64,000 nt of DNA, taken from an uncultured bacterium (lineage in GTDB: Bacteria > Patescibacteriota > Minisyncoccia > Phycocordibacterales > UBA9973). Within the stretch, counting starts at the first letter, position 1; every line of letters begins with the position of its first letter. The notes beneath the pieces are model-generated. The model was not told where the DNA came from. It did not search any database and saw only the letters and a program-made list of their open reading frames with translations. The position numbers and the translations under genes are program-made. Location: positions 291,310 to 355,309 of the forward strand of contig CAITGV010000001.1 of NCBI GenBank assembly GCA_903892035.1, given 5' to 3'. Positions 17,231 through 26,051 of this stretch are shown piece by piece.

Positions 17231-18929
17231 AGTTTGCCAAAATTGTAGTCAAAATTTCGCCATCGAACCGGATGATTTTTCATTTTATGAAAAGATAGGC
17301 GTTCCTGCGCCGACTTTTTGTCCGGAATGTCGGATGATACGTAGAATGATTTGGAGGAATGTAAGGTCACTATATAAACGCCAATGTGGAATTTGCAGTA
17401 AGACTCTTATAAGTATGTATAAAGATGATGGTGCACCAGTGCTGTGTACTGAGTGCTGGAATAGTGACGAATGGGACCCACTTTCGTACGGGCAAGAATA
17501 TGATTTCTCTCGACCGTTTTTTGACCAAATATTGGAACTTTTTAAAAAAGCCCCGAGGTATTTTGCTTACCACACTGGAACTTTGGTAAATTCTGACTAC
17601 ACAAATTATTCTGCGGATAATAAAAATGCGTACTTGTCGTATTCAGTTATTGGATGTGAAGACGTAATGTATTCTGAAAGTATTGATAAATCAAAAAATT
17701 GTTTAGACTGTGATAATGTACAAAAGCTCGATAATTGTTTTCACAATATGGAATGCGAAGGAAATTACAGTAGCCATTACATGCTCCAATCTCAAAAATG
17801 CATCGATTCATATTTTCTGTATGACTGTGTAAATTGTCAGAATTGTTGCATGAGTTCAAACTTAAGAAATAAACAATATTATTTTAAGAATAAAAAATTG
17901 ACGAAGGAGGAATACGAAGAAACTATTCGTAATTTAAATTTAGATCAATATTCTGAAGTAGAAAAATCTAAAAAATATTTTTATGATATGTATAAAAATC
18001 AGGCAATACATAAATACGCCCAAATATTGAATTCTGTAGATGTTTCTGGAGAAAATATTAGAAATTCAAGAAACGTAAAATACAGTTTTGATGTAGTTGA
18101 TTCAGAAAATATTCACTATGGATCAAGAGTTCTCATGAATTGTAAAGATTGTTACGATGTTCAGGGACTTGCTGTAGGAGAACTTATCTATGATTGTGTG
18201 GCTTCAAGTTGGGGTACATATAGAGATTATTTTTGTTATATAACTCTTGGGTGTAAGGAATGCGAATATTCTTTTATATTAAAAAACTCCTCACATTGTT
18301 TTGGGTGTGTAGGATTGACCAATATGCAGTATTGTATTTTTAACAAACAATACACAAAAGAAGAATATTTTCCTTTGGTAGAAAAAATAAAAAAACACAT
18401 GATGGAAATGCCTTACACCGATTCAAAAGGAAGGATATATAAATACGGAGAATTTTTTCCTTTTGAATTTTCACCTTTTGCATATAATGAAACTGTAGCA
18501 CTTGATTCTTTTTTGGGTGTTGATGAGGCTGAAGCTTTATCGAAGGGTTATTCATGGAAGACACCTGAGAAAAAAGATTATAAAATTACGATAAAATCTT
18601 CTGAATTGGCTGACAGTATAAATGATGTGAACGATTCAATTTTAAGCGAAGTCGTTGGGTGTCCTAACCAAGGGGATTCTGCATTTCAATGCACCACCGC
18701 ATATAAAATAACAGAAAATGAATCTCAATTTTATAGACAGAAAAATATCCCACTTCCAAGATACTGTCCAAACTGCAGACATTATATAAGGTTTCAATAT
18801 CACAACCCGCTAAGGCTCTGGCACAGAAAGTGTATGAATGGTTGCGGCAATGAATTCGAAACCAGCTATTCTCCCGAACGTCCCGAGAAGGTTTATTGTG
18901 AAAGCTGTTATCAGAAAGAAGTGCTATAA
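17220..18929 (+). CDS. CPR-type Cys-rich protein of unknown function
   Basis: Multiple CxxC pairs (CQNC, CPEC, CGIC, CTEC, CPNC, CESC), CFGCVGL, YCIFNKQY and Cys/Asn/Ser-rich repeats. Confidence 0.85.
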   Translation: MENKVCQNCSQNFAIEPDDFSFYEKIGVPAPTFCPECRMIRRMIWRNVRSLYKRQCGICSKTLISMYKDDGAPVLCTECWNSDEWDPLSYGQEYDFSRPFFDQILELFKKAPRYFAYHTGTLVNSDYTNYSADNKNAYLSYSVIGCEDVMYSESIDKSKNCLDCDNVQKLDNCFHNMECEGNYSSHYMLQSQKCIDSYFLYDCVNCQNCCMSSNLRNKQYYFKNKKLTKEEYEETIRNLNLDQYSEVEKSKKYFYDMYKNQAIHKYAQILNSVDVSGENIRNSRNVKYSFDVVDSENIHYGSRVLMNCKDCYDVQGLAVGELIYDCVASSWGTYRDYFCYITLGCKECEYSFILKNSSHCFGCVGLTNMQYCIFNKQYTKEEYFPLVEKIKKHMMEMPYTDSKGRIYKYGEFFPFEFSPFAYNETVALDSFLGVDEAEALSKGYSWKTPEKKDYKITIKSSELADSINDVNDSILSEVVGCPNQGDSAFQCTTAYKITENESQFYRQKNIPLPRYCPNCRHYIRFQYHNPLRLWHRKCMNGCGNEFETSYSPERPEKVYCESCYQKEVL

Positions 18930-18937
18930 TAATTTTT

Positions 18938-19291
18938 ATGGAAAATATTTCTTACGATGAATTTAAAAAGATGGATATACGAGTGGGAACGATAAAGACT
19001 GTCGAGCCGGTAGAGGGGACAGATAAGCTTTTGAAATGTATGGTTGATACCGGTGATAAAACAGAAGAAGGTGAAGTGAAATTGAGAGTTATTGTTTCGG
19101 GCATTAAAGAATTTTATCCTGAATATGAAAATCTTGTCGGTAAGCAAGTGCTATATATCGTAAACCTAGAACCAAGAATGATAAAAGGAATTGAAAGTCA
19201 GGGAATGCTTATGGCTGTCGATGGGCTTGATGGTCAGCCAGTTTTTCTTGTGCCAGAAAAAAAAGTCGAAGCAGGAAGTAAAGTGAGATAA
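18938..19291 (+). CDS. tRNA-binding OB-fold protein (CsaA/Trbp111/MetG C-terminal-like)
   Basis: DIRVGTI, DKLL, IVSGI and NLEPR...G.ESQGML motifs. Confidence 0.9.
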   Translation: MENISYDEFKKMDIRVGTIKTVEPVEGTDKLLKCMVDTGDKTEEGEVKLRVIVSGIKEFYPEYENLVGKQVLYIVNLEPRMIKGIESQGMLMAVDGLDGQPVFLVPEKKVEAGSKVR

Positions 19292-19292
19292 T

Positions 19293-19889
19293 ATGCACAA
19301 TCTTTTAAATCCAGAAACAATGGTCCGCACTGTGGGCCTTTTTGGAATACTTGTTGTTCTCTTTGCTGAATCAGGTTTATTTTTTGGTTTTTTTCTTCCA
19401 GGAGATTCACTTTTATTTACAGTTGGGATATTGGCATCACAAAGTTTATTTTCTTTTCCAATGTTACTTATACTATGCCCCGTGGCGGCAATTCTTGGAG
19501 ATAGCGTGGGTTACTGGTTTGGTAAAAAAATAGGACCAAAAATTTTTGCACGTGATGATTCTTTATTTTTTAAAAAAATATATGTAGAGAGAACTCAAAA
19601 ATATTATGATAAACACGGTTCGGTGACAGTTCTTATTGCGCGTTTTCTACCAATCGTCCGAACATTTGCTCCGATACTTGCTGGTGTTGGGGAGATGCGC
19701 TATAGAAAGTTTTTTATTTTCAATATAGTAGGAGCAGTGCTTTGGTCTACTGCAGTACTCTGCCTAGGCTACTTTTTGGGCAGTATGATTCCAAATGTAG
19801 ACGCATATATAATGCCAATGCTTGCAATTGTGGTAATACTTTCATTTCTTCCAGCCATTTTTGGATTCATCCACAATAAAAATAAATAA
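19293..19889 (+). CDS. DedA/VTT family membrane protein
   Basis: FAESGLFFGFFLPGDSLLF and ARFLPIVRTF motifs. Confidence 0.95.
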   Translation: MHNLLNPETMVRTVGLFGILVVLFAESGLFFGFFLPGDSLLFTVGILASQSLFSFPMLLILCPVAAILGDSVGYWFGKKIGPKIFARDDSLFFKKIYVERTQKYYDKHGSVTVLIARFLPIVRTFAPILAGVGEMRYRKFFIFNIVGAVLWSTAVLCLGYFLGSMIPNVDAYIMPMLAIVVILSFLPAIFGFIHNKNK

Positions 19890-19931
19890 AATCGTTGTTT
19901 AAATGTTTCTTTTCGTTGTATAATCATATAG

Positions 19932-21014
19932 ATGAAAAGCTCGGCATTTTTTTCAATTTTTCCACCGACAAAATACGTAAGTATGTCGTCTGTTGGAATT
20001 GATATATCAGATCAGTCTTTACGCTATGTAGAGCTTTTGCCCTGCAGGGGAGGTTTGAAGCTTGGGCGTTTTGGAGAGAAAAAAGTTCCTCCTGGAGTAA
20101 TGTTGTCTGGTAAAATTTCCGATACAAAAAAAATGATTGAAATTTTATCTGAACTTAAAAAAGAAGTTAAAATAAATTTTGTCCGAGTTTCCTTACCAGA
20201 AGAACAAATTTATTTATATAAAACAAAAATTCCTATATTAAAAAATGATGAAATAAAAAACGCATTAGAACTTCAACTCGAGGAGCATATTCCTATTTCT
20301 CCACACGATGCTGTTTTTGATTATGATTTGGTAAAATCGACGGAAGATTCATATGAGATAGAAGTCGCTGCTATAAATGAAACCACAGTGGAGACATATA
20401 CCGAAATTTTCCACAAAGCTGGACTGATGCCTTTATCTTTTGAATTGGAAGCATCTGCAATTGCACGAGCAATAGTACTAAATGGAACAAAAGGCACAAT
20501 TTTATTTGTGGATTTTGGTGAAACACGCACTGGTATTTCAGTGGTGACTGACGGTATCGTGCAATATACTTCGACTGTAGATATTGGAGGTTCGATGCTT
20601 ACAAGTATGATACAAAAAGAAATGAACCTATCATACGAGCAAGCTGAAGCTATGAAAAAGAAAAATGGTTTAATTCGCGGAACAGACGGAGTTGAGCTTT
20701 CAACTGTATTGTTGGGTGCAATATCAATTTTACGTGACGAGATAAATAAAAATTTTGTGTATTGGCACACACATAAAGATGAAGATGGAAACGATAGACC
20801 AAAAATTGAAAAAATTATTCTGTGTGGCGGAGATTCGAATTTGAAAGGTCTTGTTGATTACTTGGAAACATCGATGCGTTTGCCGATAGTTTTAGGGGAT
20901 GTGTGGGTGAATATTAACAAGTCGAAAGAATTTGTACCAGAGATTTTTTTTGGTGACTCTCTTTCGTATGTGACGGCGCTCGGGCTTGCTTTAGGAGATT
21001 TTACAAATGATTAA
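19932..21014 (+). CDS. pilM: Type IV pilus assembly protein PilM
   Basis: Actin-like GIDISD, VDFG..RT and ILCGG motifs; first gene of a pilMNOP-like cluster. Confidence 0.9.
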   Translation: MKSSAFFSIFPPTKYVSMSSVGIDISDQSLRYVELLPCRGGLKLGRFGEKKVPPGVMLSGKISDTKKMIEILSELKKEVKINFVRVSLPEEQIYLYKTKIPILKNDEIKNALELQLEEHIPISPHDAVFDYDLVKSTEDSYEIEVAAINETTVETYTEIFHKAGLMPLSFELEASAIARAIVLNGTKGTILFVDFGETRTGISVVTDGIVQYTSTVDIGGSMLTSMIQKEMNLSYEQAEAMKKKNGLIRGTDGVELSTVLLGAISILRDEINKNFVYWHTHKDEDGNDRPKIEKIILCGGDSNLKGLVDYLETSMRLPIVLGDVWVNINKSKEFVPEIFFGDSLSYVTALGLALGDFTND

Positions 21015-21549
21015 TTTACTTACTGAAAAAGAAAAGAAAAATATTGAAAACGAATATAAATTTCGTCTAGTTATTGTCGGCATGGGTTTTATGGTGGGTA
21101 TCATCTTTTCTGCCAGTATATTTCTTTTGCCATCGTATTTTCTTTCTGCTACAAAAGTTGAAAATGCTCAAGCAAAAGTAGATGCCCTTAAAAAAGAAAG
21201 TGATGAAAAAAGTAAAGCTGACCTTGAAGCAGCACTTGCTGATATTAAAAATAAATTGGCACTTTTTGTGATACCTAAAAACCAAAATTCAATTTCAGAT
21301 GACTTGATAATACCGATTGAAAAAGTAAAAACAAATAATATAAAAATTACAGGAATTTCCTACGAAGTGGCAGATAAAAATAATACTGGGAATATTCGTG
21401 GTGTAGCTACAGATAGAGTAAGTTTGATCAATTTTTCCGAAGCTCTAAAAAATAATCCACAATTTTCAAATGTAGATCTTCCTGTTTCAGATTTGGCAAA
21501 AAATAAACAAATTGATTTTAATATTTTAGTTACTTTTAAAACATCATGA
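21007..21549 (+). CDS. pilN: PilN-like protein
   Basis: MINLL N-terminus, TM, coiled coil and I.G.A..R..L..F pattern. Confidence 0.8.
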   Translation: MINLLTEKEKKNIENEYKFRLVIVGMGFMVGIIFSASIFLLPSYFLSATKVENAQAKVDALKKESDEKSKADLEAALADIKNKLALFVIPKNQNSISDDLIIPIEKVKTNNIKITGISYEVADKNNTGNIRGVATDRVSLINFSEALKNNPQFSNVDLPVSDLAKNKQIDFNILVTFKTS

Positions 21550-22094
21550 AGACTAAAGGTAAAAATATTGTTTATTTAATAGTTTCCACAATCTTTTTAC
21601 TTGGAGCTTTTTCTTTATTTGGTTACTTGTTTTACAATGTGCGAGCAGAGAGTCAGAGTGTTTCGGAATTGTCTGCTCAAATCGAGCAACTTTCAAACGA
21701 AGAGTCTACTTCAAGTACTCTCAAGCACAGCGTGGCTGTCACTGAGGGGGATAGTAGTAAATTAAATTCCTATTTTGTTTCAAGTGACAATGTCGTAAGC
21801 TTCATAAACTCAATGGAGGCTCTTGGTGTAAACGTCGGCTCAGATGTTTCTACAACTTCTATTGATCCAGGAAAAGATTCATCGACGTTAACTTTTAACA
21901 TTGTCGCAAAAGGAAGTTTTTCTTCAGTTTCCAGATTCGTAACACTTTTGGAAAATGTGCCGTATCAGGTAAGAATACAAAAACTAGATTTAGAAAAAAA
22001 TATGGCTGATATAAAAACCTTACAAAAAGGTGATAAGTGGTACGATTGGGACGCAACGATAACACTTGTGCTTAAGAGTTACATTGTAAAATAA
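21546..22094 (+). CDS. pilO: PilO-like protein
   Basis: TM, coiled coil and G.F.....F...LEN.P motif. Confidence 0.75.
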   Translation: MKTKGKNIVYLIVSTIFLLGAFSLFGYLFYNVRAESQSVSELSAQIEQLSNEESTSSTLKHSVAVTEGDSSKLNSYFVSSDNVVSFINSMEALGVNVGSDVSTTSIDPGKDSSTLTFNIVAKGSFSSVSRFVTLLENVPYQVRIQKLDLEKNMADIKTLQKGDKWYDWDATITLVLKSYIVK

Positions 22095-22098
22095 ATAT

Positions 22099-22413
22099 AT
22101 GAATTTAAAATTACCAAAACAAAAAATAGTTTTTAAAAAAAATGAATCCAGCGCATTGAATTATCATATGTGGTGGAAAGTTTTTATACTTTCATCATTT
22201 TTTGCTTTAATAATTTTAGGTAGTACTAGCCTGTGGCTATTTTATAGTATTAATAATGCGAAGATTTTTCAAATGCCACCACCTGCGGCTTCTCTAGAAG
22301 ATGCAAAAAATAAATCAAAACTTGATTCAATAATAAAAACTTTTGCTGATAAAAAAGCTAAAAGTGATTCGATAATTGCCAACCCACCGATATACGTGGA
22401 TCCATCGTTGTAA
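22099..22413 (+). CDS. Small single-TM pilus-cluster protein
   Basis: Last gene of the pil cluster; one TM and C-terminal DPS. Confidence 0.65.
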   Translation: MNLKLPKQKIVFKKNESSALNYHMWWKVFILSSFFALIILGSTSLWLFYSINNAKIFQMPPPAASLEDAKNKSKLDSIIKTFADKKAKSDSIIANPPIYVDPSL

Positions 22414-22424
22414 GTGTTTTTGTT

Positions 22425-22439
22425 GTGCCCCTGGTAAGA
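22425..22439 (-). repeat. 15-bp direct repeat of the tRNA-Arg(TCT) 3' end
   Basis: gtgcccctggtaaga at 22425-22439 and at 22496-22510. Confidence 0.9.
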
Positions 22440-22496
22440 CCGCGAGTACGCTTATCTCCGTCGACTCAAAATTCGTCGCCACTCATTTTCAAACAG

Positions 22497-22568
22497 TGCC
22501 CCTGGTAAGAATCGAACTTACATCGACGGCTTAGAAGTCCGCAGTTCTATCCATTGAACTACAGGGGC
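22497..22568 (-). tRNA. tRNA-Arg(TCT)
   Basis: Reverse complement reads GCCCCTG...CTTCTAA...GTTCGATTC...CAGGGGCA. Confidence 0.92.
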
Positions 22569-22621
22569 ATACTAAACAAAGTAGCATTTTACTTTAGATT
22601 TTCAAAGCGTATAATCAATTC

Positions 22622-23557
22622 ATGAAGGAAAATATGGGTTCACAACTTAATAGTGCTCCAAAACCAAGCATACTTGATAATATGGAAAATTTGATAGCTT
22701 TATCAAAAAAGCTTGAAAATGTCTACAATAACAGGCCCGATATTTCTACTTTCGAAGGAGCAATGTATGGCACAAATCAAGAAAATAGGTATACAAAAGA
22801 TGCAATAAAAAAGGATGAAAATTATGTAGAATATCGTAGAAATGAAATTGAAAAAATAAATCATTCAAAAGGAATGGATGTCGCAGAAAGGCTCGAGGGT
22901 GGTTTTCAGTTATCTGAAATAATGCAAGCTATGATTGTAGATAGAATGAATAAAAATTGGTTCAAGGATTGCAAAGCAATAATGACCTCAGATTATGATG
23001 ATCTTGCTGTAGGTATCGATGCTGTGATGAAACATGAGCGAGGAGGATACCTTGGGGCATCTTTTGATTTTACTTTAACAAATAAAGATATGATGGTTGA
23101 TAAAAAATTAAATAAAGAATGGGAAAATATAAAAGAGGGAAGAGTAGCAACGGTAAAATATTTTGAAGATCCTGATACTGGCAAAAAAGGGAAACTTATG
23201 GTGCCAAAATTTATTATTGGTGCATCAAAAAAAGATATTGAGGAATTAGCAGAAGCCTATTTGAAAAATGATAACAAGGTTCTAGAAAATCATCCATTTA
23301 AATATGTGATGCTTCAACAGATTGAAGTACAGCTCAATACTGTTTTAGAGTTTTATGAAAGCAATATGGATAATGAGAAATATAAATTTGCTAAAGAACA
23401 ATATGACAAAGTTTATAAATTTTTGAGAATCATGAAGACAGATATCCACGCAGACGACAAAATGCATGACACTGATCTACATGAGTATTCAAAGTCAAAT
23501 GTTGCACTTGATATGATGAAAAGGTTTCAGATAATGAAAGATAGACCTAAACCTTAA
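22622..23557 (+). CDS. Hypothetical protein, possible PD-(D/E)xK-like fold
   Basis: 311-aa ORF between two tRNAs; E...SDYDD...GID...FDFT acidic pattern. Confidence 0.65.
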   Translation: MKENMGSQLNSAPKPSILDNMENLIALSKKLENVYNNRPDISTFEGAMYGTNQENRYTKDAIKKDENYVEYRRNEIEKINHSKGMDVAERLEGGFQLSEIMQAMIVDRMNKNWFKDCKAIMTSDYDDLAVGIDAVMKHERGGYLGASFDFTLTNKDMMVDKKLNKEWENIKEGRVATVKYFEDPDTGKKGKLMVPKFIIGASKKDIEELAEAYLKNDNKVLENHPFKYVMLQQIEVQLNTVLEFYESNMDNEKYKFAKEQYDKVYKFLRIMKTDIHADDKMHDTDLHEYSKSNVALDMMKRFQIMKDRPKP

Positions 23558-23561
23558 ACTG

Positions 23562-23634
23562 TGCGCGATGCAAGACTCGAACTTGCGACCTTCCCGGTGT
23601 AAACGGGTTGCTCTACCAACTGAGCTAATCGCGC
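23562..23634 (-). tRNA. tRNA-Val(TAC)
   Basis: Reverse complement reads GCGCGAT...TTTACAC...GTTCGAGTC...ATCGCGCA. Confidence 0.95.
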
Positions 23635-23695
23635 ATCCACTTACATTACATCATTTTTATTTGTTCTGCAATCCTTTTTATACTATAGTGAAGTC

Positions 23696-24436
23696 GTGAC
23701 TTTCAAAGACCTCATCATTTACGAAGACAAAGATATGTTTGCCATAAACAAGCCAGCGGGGCTTATGGTACACGGCGACGGCAGAACTAAAGAGAAAACA
23801 CTAGCAGATTTGATTTTGAAGGAGTATCCAAAGTTGAAAAATATCGGAGAGCCGATGGAAATCACTGATCAAAAAACAAAAAAGAAAGTAGTTATATACC
23901 GCCCTGGAATTGTGCACCGTCTCGACAAAGAAACTTCAGGTGTTTTATTGATCGCAAAAAATCAAAAAACTTTCGAGTATTTGAAAAAACTTTTTCAAGA
24001 TAGAGGAATAAAAAAGACATATCGTGCTGTGGTGCATAAAAATATTAAAGCTGAAGGCGGGGTGGTTGACCAACCAATTGGCCGAAGTAAAACAGATTTC
24101 AGACAATGGCATTCTGGTCGTGGAATAAGAGGGGAAACGCGAGAAGCAGTCACCGAATACAAAGTTCTTTCTCGTTTCAAAAAAAATAAAGAAGATTTTT
24201 GCTATGTTGAAGTAAATCCAAAGACTGGTCGCACTCATCAAATCCGTGTGCATATGAAATTTCTCCAACATCCTGTCGCAGGCGATGCTTTGTATTCCCC
24301 AAAAAACAAACAAGGTTTGTGGTCTCGTATGATGCTCCACGCCCTTTCAATTGAGTTCAAAAATCCAAAGGGTAAAGTCATAAAAATCGAAGCCCCACTC
24401 CCAAAGGAATTTAAAGACCTTGGAGAAGTTGCGTAA
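23696..24436 (+). CDS. RluA/RluD family pseudouridine synthase (no S4 domain)
   Basis: NKPAGL.VH, HRLDKETSG and TGRTHQIRVH motifs. Confidence 0.95.
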   Translation: MTFKDLIIYEDKDMFAINKPAGLMVHGDGRTKEKTLADLILKEYPKLKNIGEPMEITDQKTKKKVVIYRPGIVHRLDKETSGVLLIAKNQKTFEYLKKLFQDRGIKKTYRAVVHKNIKAEGGVVDQPIGRSKTDFRQWHSGRGIRGETREAVTEYKVLSRFKKNKEDFCYVEVNPKTGRTHQIRVHMKFLQHPVAGDALYSPKNKQGLWSRMMLHALSIEFKNPKGKVIKIEAPLPKEFKDLGEVA

Positions 24437-24466
24437 ATTGGGCTTTTATGTTAGATTGTCTCCTGT

Positions 24467-24865
24467 ATGACAACAGCAATGAAATTCGCGCCAGCAAATA
24501 TGGAAGCCCGAAAAAAGCTTAATTTTTCTTCAGGCGACACTGTGCGCGTGCAATCAAAAATTTTAGATAAAGGTAAATACCGCTTACAGGCTTTTGAAGG
24601 TCTCGTATTGGCTCGTAAGCACGGCTCTGAGGCTGGTGCAACATTCACAGTACGCAAAGTAGCGTCTGGTGTAGGCGTAGAACGTATTTTCCCACTTTAT
24701 TCACCAATGATAGACAAGATTGAAGTTGTGAAGCGTTCACGCGCTCGCCGTTCAAAGCTTTACTACGTACGAACAAAAGCTGTGAAAGATGTACGTCGCA
24801 AGATGAAACAAATGGTGGTCACAAGTGAAAATCAGGATCAAATCGACGAGAACATTGTAAATTAA
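24467..24865 (+). CDS. rplS: 50S ribosomal protein L19
   Basis: GDTVRV, TFTVRK...GVGVERIFP and RRSKLYY motifs. Confidence 0.97.
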   Translation: MTTAMKFAPANMEARKKLNFSSGDTVRVQSKILDKGKYRLQAFEGLVLARKHGSEAGATFTVRKVASGVGVERIFPLYSPMIDKIEVVKRSRARRSKLYYVRTKAVKDVRRKMKQMVVTSENQDQIDENIVN

Positions 24866-24877
24866 AATTTCAAACAA

Positions 24878-24919
24878 AAACAAAAAACTCTCCGACACGG
24901 GTCGGAGAGTTTTTTGTTT
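24878..24919 (+). terminator. Intrinsic terminator after rplS
   Basis: aaacaaaaaactctccgac-acgg-gtcggagagttttttgttt. Confidence 0.88.
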
Positions 24920-24968
24920 ACCTTGAAAAAAAGTAAATTTTAGGTATAATCAACAAGCAACTAAATTT

Positions 24969-25052
24969 GCTCGGGTGGCGAAATTGGTAGACGCACTACC
25001 TTGAGGTGGTAGCGCCCTCACGGGCATGGAAGTTCAAATCTTCTCCCGAGCA
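24969..25052 (+). tRNA. tRNA-Leu(GAG)
   Basis: GCTCGGG/CCCGAGC acceptor, loop TTGAGGT and long variable arm. Confidence 0.95.
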
Positions 25053-25055
25053 CAA

Positions 25056-25397
25056 ATGGAACTTAAAAGAAAAAAATGTATAGGTTGCGAAAAGGGGAAT
25101 GTGAAAGTGCTTGATAAAAATGAAGCGCAGGATTTTTTGGATGAAGTGCTCGGATGGAGTATGAACAAAGGAGCGACAGAAATTTCCAAAGAATTTATTT
25201 TTAAGGATTTTGTACAAGCAGTAGATTTTGTAAATGCAGTTGCCGACATTGCCGAAGGGGAAGGGCATCACCCAAATATAAAAATAGTGTATAATAAAGT
25301 GAGATTGGATTTGTCGACGCACGCAGTCGAGGGTCTTACAGAAAATGATTTTATTGTCGCTTCAAAAATCGATTCACTTCCAATAATTTTTAATTAA
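25056..25397 (+). CDS. phhB: Pterin-4a-carbinolamine dehydratase family
   Basis: AEGEGHHP, THAVEGLTENDFIVASKID and N-terminal CxxC; start moved to the ATG after the tRNA. Confidence 0.92.
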   Translation: MELKRKKCIGCEKGNVKVLDKNEAQDFLDEVLGWSMNKGATEISKEFIFKDFVQAVDFVNAVADIAEGEGHHPNIKIVYNKVRLDLSTHAVEGLTENDFIVASKIDSLPIIFN

Positions 25398-25402
25398 AAA
25401 AA

Positions 25403-25831
25403 ATGATTTCACAATCTTTATTTTTATTTTCACATCTTGCAGTCACGCTCATCGCTTTTGCTGGTGTTTTTGTTTGTGCTCATATTTATCACCACAAGAT
25501 TACAAAGAAGCCCCTCATTTGTCCATTTAAAGCAAATTGTGATGAAGTAGTAGCAAGTAAATATTCAAAATTTTTAGGAATTCATATAGAATTTTTTGGT
25601 TTAGCCTTTTATTTAATTATTGGTTTGTATCATTTATTTGTAATGTTTTTCCCTGAATTTGTTTTGCCAATTTTTGGAAGCATAACTTTGGCAATTAGTT
25701 TCCTTTCAATTATTTTTTCTGTTTATTTGGCTTTAGCTCAAGCTTGGGTTTTAAAAAAATGGTGTTCATGGTGTATGTTTTCAACTTTACTTTGTTTAAT
25801 CATTTTTGTGTTTAGAATTTGCGGTATCTAG
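25403..25831 (+). CDS. Vitamin K epoxide reductase (VKOR) family protein
   Basis: C....C..V..SKYS..LG and C-terminal CSWC motifs. Confidence 0.9.
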   Translation: MISQSLFLFSHLAVTLIAFAGVFVCAHIYHHKITKKPLICPFKANCDEVVASKYSKFLGIHIEFFGLAFYLIIGLYHLFVMFFPEFVLPIFGSITLAISFLSIIFSVYLALAQAWVLKKWCSWCMFSTLLCLIIFVFRICGI

Positions 25832-25897
25832 ATTTATATCTCTAAATCTGCTATAACTAAAGGGCTTTTGCGCATTCCCAAATGTGTGAAATAACGT

Positions 25898-25970
25898 GGG
25901 GCTTATGGTGTAACGGTTAACACTGAGGTTTGTGGAACCTTCGATCTGGGTTCGATTCCCAGTAGGCCCC
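25898..25970 (+). tRNA. tRNA-His(GTG) with encoded G-1
   Basis: G-GGGCTTA/TAGGCCC-C acceptor and loop TTGTGGA. Confidence 0.95.
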
Positions 25971-26047
25971 CATATGAAAAAAACTGACTTTGTGTCAGTT
26001 TTTTTCATATGGGGGCCTAAAGGAGTAACGAAAGGTATCCCAGTAGG
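25963..26047 (+). repeat. 26-bp perfect inverted repeat including the tRNA-His acceptor strand, then a direct copy of its T-stem/acceptor
   Basis: 25963-25988 pairs with 25994-26019; tcccagtagg recurs at 26038-26047. Confidence 0.85.
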
Positions 26048-26051
26048 TATT

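Noticed and set aside
16726-17370. 214-aa minus-strand ORF, and similar ORFs at 24996-25322 and 25796-26126
   Set aside because: These are shadows of tRNA genes, their flanking repeats and real CDS; no coding signal of their own
20040-20049. ccctgcaggg palindrome in pilM as an inserted element
   Set aside because: It is only 10 bp with no evident length anomaly in the protein, so chance cannot be excluded
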